Positions 56,304 to 62,155 of a stretch of DNA of 62,155 bases are shown piece by piece. Source of the stretch: Woeseiaceae bacterium (GTDB lineage Bacteria; Pseudomonadota; Gammaproteobacteria; Steroidobacterales; Woeseiaceae). The DNA is taken from NCBI GenBank assembly GCA_051008055.1, contig JBPCXZ010000312.1:1-62155 (forward strand), in the 5' to 3' direction. Under the pieces are notes generated by a model that was given only the letters and a program-made list of their open reading frames with translations, did no database searches and was not told the origin of the DNA. The position numbers were made by a program, and so were the translations under genes. Numbering within the stretch: the first letter of the stretch is position 1; every line of letters begins with the position of its first letter.

Positions 56304-57116
56304 ATGAATTCAGCAAAGCTCCGGCGCTTCTTCGAGCAACGTCGTGTTCGCGGCGAACCATTGGTGCTGGTGCAGGTAACGGCAACCGAAGGTTCAACGT
56401 ACAGCAAGGCAAACGACCTGATGCTGATCGATCAGCAGGGGGTCGCTTGCGGGATGTTATCTGGGGGTTGTCTGGAGAGCGATCTGGTGGCACGAGCCCA
56501 GGTAGTTCTAGAGTCGGGAAAGTCGCAATCGGTGACCTACAAACTGGCGAGCGATGACGACGATGTCTGGGGCCTCGGAATCGGCTGCGATGGCTCGATG
56601 ACGATTGGCTTGCAGCTTATCGACAAGGACAGCAACTACTCGCCGCTGGAAATACCGCAGCCTGTGGAGTTGTTGGTCTTAGGTGGCGGCCTTGACGCGG
56701 TTCCACTGACGCGTCTCGCTGCTGAGATAGGTTGGCATTGCACTGTCGTCGATCATCGGCCCGCTTATATCGAACGCGGCGATTTTCCTGACGACTGCGA
56801 CAGACATTGCATCGCTGCGGATAGTCTGGCCGAGCACCTGAATATTGAGAGTTTCGATGGTGCAATCGTAATGAGCCATCATCTTGAGAGCGATCGGGAA
56901 TACTTGCGACAGATTGCGAGTGCTGATCTTGACTATGCTGGCTTACTTGGCCCGCCGGCGCGAAAGGATCGGCTGTTATCTGAACTTGGCGACGCCGGAC
57001 AGAACTTGCGCGAACGACTGCACGGTCCGGCCGGCTTGGGATTGGGAGGCCGTGGACCGGAAGTAATCGCGCTGTCGATCATTGCTCAGATTCAACAGGA
57101 ACTGGCGGTGGACTAG
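56304..57116 (+). CDS. XdhC/CoxI family accessory protein
   Basis: The N-terminal XdhC_CoxI pattern (LVLVQVTATEGSTYSKANDLMLI...GMLSGGCLE) is followed by a Rossmann-like domain (LLVLGGGLDAVPL). Confidence 0.75.
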   Translation: MNSAKLRRFFEQRRVRGEPLVLVQVTATEGSTYSKANDLMLIDQQGVACGMLSGGCLESDLVARAQVVLESGKSQSVTYKLASDDDDVWGLGIGCDGSMTIGLQLIDKDSNYSPLEIPQPVELLVLGGGLDAVPLTRLAAEIGWHCTVVDHRPAYIERGDFPDDCDRHCIAADSLAEHLNIESFDGAIVMSHHLESDREYLRQIASADLDYAGLLGPPARKDRLLSELGDAGQNLRERLHGPAGLGLGGRGPEVIALSIIAQIQQELAVD

Positions 57117-57778
57117 CCGCTACCGGCAATGTTGCCCGGCAAAAATACGCGAACGATCATGTCGGCCAATTCGTTGCGCTTTGCGTCGTCGTCAAGATTA
57201 AATCCGCTACTGCCGCGAACCTCGAGGCCAAGCGCTAGCAGGCCGCCCGCGGAGACGCGAATCATGTTGTACAACAAGGCCGGGTTGCCTGGCGGCGAGA
57301 TGCCTAGTTCTTGCAGCTTGGCGAGTTGACCAGCAACCATTTCATAGAGCGGTTTAAGATGTGACTCGACCAGCCAATCGAGCCGGTCACTGGGGTAGCT
57401 CGATTCGAGCAGAATAATCTTGTGCAGAGCTGGTTGCTCGTAAGCGTATTGCACATAGGTTCGAATAAATGCTTCCGCACGGGCTTTCGGATCAATCTCC
57501 GGAACCTCGGCCATCGCCTTAACCAGCGAAATATTAAACTCGCGAAAAATTCGATCGGTTGCCGCACGCCACAACTGATCTTTGTTCTTGAAGTGATACG
57601 TGATCAAGGGATGATGCACGCCGGCACGGTCGGCGATGTCGCGCGTTGATGTACCTTTGAAACCGTTCTCTGAAAACGCGAGAATTGCCGCATCCAGAAG
57701 TTTCTGCTGCGTGATTACACTTCGTTGCTGTTGTTTTCGCGCCGGTCGTTGCTCCGTCGCTGCCTGCTCCGCATCCAC
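57113..57778 (-). CDS. TetR family transcriptional regulator
   Basis: HTH FSENGFKGTSTRDIADRAGVHHPLITYHFKNK. Its stop shares the tetranucleotide CTAG with the convergent XdhC stop. Confidence 0.85.
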   Translation of the reverse strand: MDAEQAATEQRPARKQQQRSVITQQKLLDAAILAFSENGFKGTSTRDIADRAGVHHPLITYHFKNKDQLWRAATDRIFREFNISLVKAMAEVPEIDPKARAEAFIRTYVQYAYEQPALHKIILLESSYPSDRLDWLVESHLKPLYEMVAGQLAKLQELGISPPGNPALLYNMIRVSAGGLLALGLEVRGSSGFNLDDDAKRNELADMIVRVFLPGNIAGSG

Positions 57779-57871
57779 TGGTTTTGTTCCCCGCTCCCTT
57801 TTCGACTGAGTCTAGAGTAGCCGGAACGTCTTAATTTGTCCAGATTGGAAGGTTTTCGACGAAAATCGCGG

Positions 57872-60571
57872 TTACTCTACCGCAAACATCATTCGGACCG
57901 CTGCGCGTTTCGGTATCGCTGCGCCGTTTTCAACGACGGGCTCAAATTCCCACGCTTCAACGGCCTTGACCGCGGCATTGACGAACGTAATACCCGGCTC
58001 GGAGTTGACGACCGAAACCTGTCCTACAGAGCCGTCAATGTCCACTGTAAACTGAAGTTCAACCCAACCACTGACGGCGCGGCGTTGTGCCGCGCGCGGG
58101 TATTTCGGTGCGACATACTTAGTGCGGTTAAGCGAGCTTGCCGCCACCGGTGCTTCCCGGCGCAGTGCAGATTGCTGTTGCTCGACCACTGCCACCTGGC
58201 TACCAGTATTTTGACTGATTGATTCGGCCGGCGCGGCAACTGCGGGCGGCGGCAGGTCAGCGGGAATCTCGGTCTTTTCATCGGCCAGATTATCCGCAGG
58301 CGTTTCTTCAATTGCGTAGGTCTGCGCTTGCTCGGCGGCTGCCCTTTGGGCTGTTGCCTGTTCGGCGGCCAGCGCTTCGGCGGCGCGTCGTTCTGCGTCG
58401 CGTTGACGCTGCGCCCTGTCGCTTCTTGCTGCATTCAAGGCGGCGCTGGCACTCGCGACCTCGTTGCTGCCCGGGTCAAGACGTCGCGCATCTGCGAGCA
58501 GCCGTTCTGCAGCGTCGAATCGACCGGCATCGATCTCAGTGCGTGCATTGAGGACCAGTTTGCTGGCGACGACGATCAGTCCTTGGGCAGCAGCCGTGTT
58601 TTCAGGATCATTGCTAAGAGCCAGCTCATAATAATAACGGGCGTTGTCGTTGGATGGTGTAGTCAGATCACCCGCATCCAGCCGTGCACTAGCTTTGATC
58701 AGCACGTCGTCGACTCGTTGTTCGCTTAGAGCGGCGTTGAGCTCGTCCGAGGCCAACTCAATATCGGTTGTGTCTGCCAACCCCAGAGCTCTTGCGCTAT
58801 TCAGCGCAATCGCAGCATCCTCAAATCGGCTTTCCCGAATTGCGGCGCGCGAGTCGTCAAGGTATTCGCGTAGTTGCATCTGTGCGAGTTGTGCATTCAG
58901 GAATGGCAAACGAGCATTGCCGGGGTCAATCTCTGTGGCTCGCTGCAAGGCCGTCGCGGCAACTGCGGTGTCCCTGGTAAGTAGCGAAGACTCCGCCAGA
59001 CTCAGTGCTTCCTCAACGGTCCCGGTCGCCATGGCAACAGCCCTGTCCTGGGCAGACGCCTCTTGTGTTAAGTCTTGTTCTGTAAGCGTCGTTCTTGTGC
59101 GTTGTGCCGGGTCTGTTGGAGCAGGAGTTTCGGATCCGCCGAATAGCCACCAACCCAACGCTACAACAACGACCAGCGCAGCTGCGCCGATACCCAGGAT
59201 CTTAGGGTTCATGAACATCGAGCCGCCAGAGTCGTCGCTGTCCAGCATCGGATTCGCGATCGGTTGGGCAGTCGGTTTGGCGGTCGGTTCCGCGACATCG
59301 CCGTCATCGCGTGTTGTCACAGATGAAATCTTCTCACCGACTGTTCGAATGATGCCGGTCATCGTCTCTGTAAAGCTGCTGTCGTCGCCGCTGAATGCGT
59401 CGCCAAGCCGGTCGCCATCGAAAGATGCTGTCTCCACGGGTACCGGACGAGGTTCCACAACGATACTGGGCACCGACTGTGAATTCGACGGGTCTGACTT
59501 TGGCGTCGCTTGCGCAGTCAACTTCGATGCAGGTTTAGGTGCAGGTTTTGGCGTACTTGGAGCAGCCGGTCTTGCGGCACGTGCTGGAACGGTTTTCGCT
59601 GCTTTGGCGGATACCTTGGCCGATGAGCCCGTGGTTTTGAACGCCGCGTCGGGCGCTTCAAGATGATGCTTCGTAGACGCTTCGATTGCGAGGCGTGCGC
59701 GGCCGGGTGATACCGGCTTCAGCAGGAATCGGTACACCTTGCCACGATTAATCAGGTCCATCAGCATCTCGCCGTCGTCGCGGCGGCCGGCGATGATGGC
59801 CACGAGGCGTGGCGACTTGGTGCGTAGATGCTGAGTGAGTTTCTCGACATTCTCGCCAACCATCGCTGCATCAACAACGGCGACGCCAACGGCTTGATCG
59901 GCAACCGCTTCGTCGGCTTGCGCAAGCGTACTGGCAGCGACAATGTTGTGCATGCCTCGTGCTGACTCGCGCACTGTAGTCAGGAATTCGTCGTCCTTGG
60001 TCAAAACCAGTACGTCAACGGCGCGCGAACCGACGTTGGCTTCTTCATACTTCTCCGGATCGAGGGCCGGAACCTGACCGGTAACATCGGTGATTATCGA
60101 AGAGCCGTTTTCGGACGTTTCCATCACAATATGTTCGGCTGAGGTATCAACATCTGCAGTGGTGTCATTTGCTGACTCGGTCAACTGCATCAAACGCGCC
60201 TGACGAGTCGCGTCGTCAATCAGGGAGCGCAGTGAGTCCGGCGTTACGCCGCCCCGGACAACCTGAAATACTTCATTCGCACCGACCAATGCTTCGACAC
60301 CTTCGCCATCATTCCCAGCGAGCAGAATGCCGAGTGTTTCGGGCGAACGTCGTTTCGCTTCCCGCAAAGCATCAAGGCCACTCATGCCCGGCAATTCCTG
60401 GGCAGTGACCAAAACGTCAATCGCAGTCTGTCCGAGCGTGTTTAATGCTTCGCTGCCACTGGTCGCACAGTGCACCGTATAGCGGTCGGCAAACCCTGTA
60501 CGCAACTTGTCCAGGGTGTTTCGTTCACTATGCAGTAACAGTATCTGCGTTTTGAATTGTTCCAGCGCCAC
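57872..60571 (-). CDS. Multidomain protein: two receiver-like domains, low-complexity linker, one TM helix, TPR-like repeats and a C-terminal TonB domain
   Basis: REC-like 1 has ILLLHSE...IDVLVTAQELPGMSG, so the acidic pocket and the phospho-acceptor position are substituted. REC-like 2 has VLVLTKDDE...VAVVDAAM...LLKPVSPG. The TM helix is ILGIGAAALVVVVALGWWLF. The C-terminus YPRAAQRRAVSGWVELQFTVDIDGSVGQVSVV...AVEAWEFEP matches TonB_C. Confidence 0.7.
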   Translation of the reverse strand: MALEQFKTQILLLHSERNTLDKLRTGFADRYTVHCATSGSEALNTLGQTAIDVLVTAQELPGMSGLDALREAKRRSPETLGILLAGNDGEGVEALVGANEVFQVVRGGVTPDSLRSLIDDATRQARLMQLTESANDTTADVDTSAEHIVMETSENGSSIITDVTGQVPALDPEKYEEANVGSRAVDVLVLTKDDEFLTTVRESARGMHNIVAASTLAQADEAVADQAVGVAVVDAAMVGENVEKLTQHLRTKSPRLVAIIAGRRDDGEMLMDLINRGKVYRFLLKPVSPGRARLAIEASTKHHLEAPDAAFKTTGSSAKVSAKAAKTVPARAARPAAPSTPKPAPKPASKLTAQATPKSDPSNSQSVPSIVVEPRPVPVETASFDGDRLGDAFSGDDSSFTETMTGIIRTVGEKISSVTTRDDGDVAEPTAKPTAQPIANPMLDSDDSGGSMFMNPKILGIGAAALVVVVALGWWLFGGSETPAPTDPAQRTRTTLTEQDLTQEASAQDRAVAMATGTVEEALSLAESSLLTRDTAVAATALQRATEIDPGNARLPFLNAQLAQMQLREYLDDSRAAIRESRFEDAAIALNSARALGLADTTDIELASDELNAALSEQRVDDVLIKASARLDAGDLTTPSNDNARYYYELALSNDPENTAAAQGLIVVASKLVLNARTEIDAGRFDAAERLLADARRLDPGSNEVASASAALNAARSDRAQRQRDAERRAAEALAAEQATAQRAAAEQAQTYAIEETPADNLADEKTEIPADLPPPAVAAPAESISQNTGSQVAVVEQQQSALRREAPVAASSLNRTKYVAPKYPRAAQRRAVSGWVELQFTVDIDGSVGQVSVVNSEPGITFVNAAVKAVEAWEFEPVVENGAAIPKRAAVRMMFAVE

Positions 60572-60730
60572 TTAAGATTCCTCCGAATCCTTATGTTGAA
60601 TCGCACGCATGATCCTTGCGTCGAGGGAGTATAGCCCTGGGTATTAGGTCAAGTGTCGCTTTACACCGACAGAGTTACGAATCTGTGACACGCCGCACAT
60701 TCGAAGTGCAGGGCCCGTCACAATTGGGCT

Positions 60731-62155
60731 CTAGGTGCGGTTCTGAACTTCTTCGGAGAGGATATTGAGCGCTTCGGAAAGTGGTAAAAACTGCTGCTTT
60801 TTGGATCCGAGTCGGCGCATTGCAACCGTATTTTCGTCGACTTCACGCTGCCCGATAGCGAGCAAAACGGGAACCTTCGCGACGCTATGTTCACGTACCT
60901 TGTAATTGATTTTTTCGTTACGTAGATCGGTTTCTGCACGAAATCCTGCGGCACGGAATTGTTCCGCAACCGATTTGGCGTAGTCGTCCGCGTCAGAGGT
61001 AATCGTTAGTACCTTGATTTGGGTCGGTGCCAGCCACAACGGCAGATTGCCTGCATGGTGCTCGACAAGGATGCCGATGAAGCGCTCCAGCGAACCGAAA
61101 ATGGCCCTGTGAAGCATGACCGGAAGATGTTTTTCGCCGTCCTCACCGATATACGTGGCGCCGAGACGGCCGGGCATATTGAGGTCAACCTGCAAGGTAC
61201 CGCATTGCCAGTCACGACCGATGGCGTCGCGCAAGACGAATTCCAGTTTAGGTCCGTAAAAGGCTCCTTCACCGGGATTGTGTGTGTAATCGAGGCCGGA
61301 AACTTCGAGCGCCTTAAGCAGCGCAGCCTCCGCCTGATCCCAGACCGCATCTTCGCCAACGCGAACTTCCGGCCGATCGGCAAACTTTATGCGCACATCG
61401 TCAAAGCCGAACGCTGCGTAAATTTCCAGCAGTTGACGGCAAACCGCAATCGACTCATCCGTAATCTGCTCGGGTGTAACAAAGATATGAGCATCATCCT
61501 GGGTGAATGCGCGGACGCGCATCATGCCGTGCAATGCGCCGGATGGTTCGTAGCGGTGACACTTGCCAAACTCAGCGAGTCGATAGGGCAGGTCACGATA
61601 ACTGGTGATGCCTTGCTTGAAGACCTGCACATGCCCGGGGCAATTCATCGGTTTGATGGCGTACTTGCGACCGTCGACAGTCTCAGTCGTGTACATATTG
61701 TCGCCGAAGGCGTCCCAGTGTCCGGAAGCTTGCCAGAGAGACTGGTCCATGAGTTCGGGTGTGTTGATCTCCCGATAGCCAGCTATTTTCTGTTGCTCAC
61801 GCATATAGGCGATCAGGCTCTGAAACAGGCTCCAGCCCTTCTCGTGCCAGAAAACCGCACCGGGAGCTTCTTCCTGGAAATGAAACAGGTCCATAATCTT
61901 GCCGAGGCGCCGGTGGTCCCGTTTCTCGGCTTCTTCCAGCATCAGCAGGTATTTGCGCAACTGCTTGTCATTGGCCCACGCAGTGCCGTAGACGCGCTGT
62001 AGCATCTCGTTATTCGAGTCGCCGCGCCAATAGGCGCCAGACACTCGTGTCAGCTTGAATGCTTTGCCAAGTTTGCCGGTTGATGGCAGGTGCGGTCCGC
62101 GACACAGGTCGATGAATTCGCCTTGGCGGTACAGAGTGATTGGTTCTGCGGACGG
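60731..62155 (-). CDS. thrS: Threonyl-tRNA synthetase, 5'-truncated by the window edge
   Basis: The reading frame stays open to position 62155 ([22 protein letters not shown]...[21 protein letters not shown]...RDHRRLGK). It aligns with the catalytic and anticodon-binding domains of E. coli ThrS. The 'M' at 62044 in the ORF track is an internal GTG Val. Confidence 0.92.
   Translation of the reverse strand, partial: PSAEPITLYRQGEFIDLCRGPHLPSTGKLGKAFKLTRVSGAYWRGDSNNEMLQRVYGTAWANDKQLRKYLLMLEEAEKRDHRRLGKIMDLFHFQEEAPGAVFWHEKGWSLFQSLIAYMREQQKIAGYREINTPELMDQSLWQASGHWDAFGDNMYTTETVDGRKYAIKPMNCPGHVQVFKQGITSYRDLPYRLAEFGKCHRYEPSGALHGMMRVRAFTQDDAHIFVTPEQITDESIAVCRQLLEIYAAFGFDDVRIKFADRPEVRVGEDAVWDQAEAALLKALEVSGLDYTHNPGEGAFYGPKLEFVLRDAIGRDWQCGTLQVDLNMPGRLGATYIGEDGEKHLPVMLHRAIFGSLERFIGILVEHHAGNLPLWLAPTQIKVLTITSDADDYAKSVAEQFRAAGFRAETDLRNEKINYKVREHSVAKVPVLLAIGQREVDENTVAMRRLGSKKQQFLPLSEALNILSEEVQNRT

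Noticed and set aside
58644-59666. 340-aa ORF on the + strand (Ala/Ser/Val-rich), antisense to the receiver-TonB gene
   Set aside because: It lies entirely inside a well-supported minus-strand CDS. Its low-complexity composition is typical of an antisense shadow frame in GC-rich DNA, and it has no recognisable motifs.
1-62155. Mobile elements, prophage or defence islands, CRISPR arrays, tRNA/rRNA genes
   Set aside because: No integrase, transposase, recombinase, terminal inverted repeats, regularly spaced direct repeats or tRNA-like sequences were seen. Intergenic regions are short and gene content is metabolic throughout, so the window looks like core chromosome apart from the possible breakpoint next to thrS.

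Overview
This is a gene-dense chromosomal segment that looks like a marine heterotrophic gammaproteobacterium; that taxonomic call is inferred from gene content and about 55% GC. I found no rRNA, tRNA, CRISPR array, transposase or integrase. The window reads as consecutive metabolic modules. (1) ribA. (2) A proteobacterial-type beta-1,3-glucan (laminarin) utilisation locus at about 0.6-24.5 kb. It holds two GPH symporters, GH3, a fused GH lipoprotein, GH16, a LacI regulator, GH17, a roughly 1150-aa GH94/GH149-like phosphorylase, a CBM9-like secreted protein and a TonB-dependent receptor. Downstream of the receptor sits a five-gene cassette of unknown role: two flavin-halogenase-like genes, SapC, a JmjC cupin and a PhyH-type oxygenase. 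(3) A xylose/xylan locus at 24.5-35.5 kb: GH26-like lipoprotein, GH43, a second LacI, galM, xylB, xylA and two sugar porters. (4) A queF-tauE-oxygenase-like operon. (5) A cyanophycin module: cyanophycinase, full cphA, and a paralogue that lacks the ATP-grasp domain. (6) An EVE protein, PhoU-like/PiT, GGT and an MFS transporter. (7) A gamma-glutamylation/ureohydrolase amine-catabolism cluster. (8) XdhC, TetR, an unusual 899-aa REC-REC-TM-TPR-TonB_C protein, and a 5'-truncated thrS at the window edge. Two different perfect palindromes recur in the promoter gaps of modules 2 and 3, and both types occur in one control region. The best candidates for undescribed biology are the receptor-linked oxidoreductase cassette, the receiver-TonB fusion and the G-domain-less CphA paralogue.
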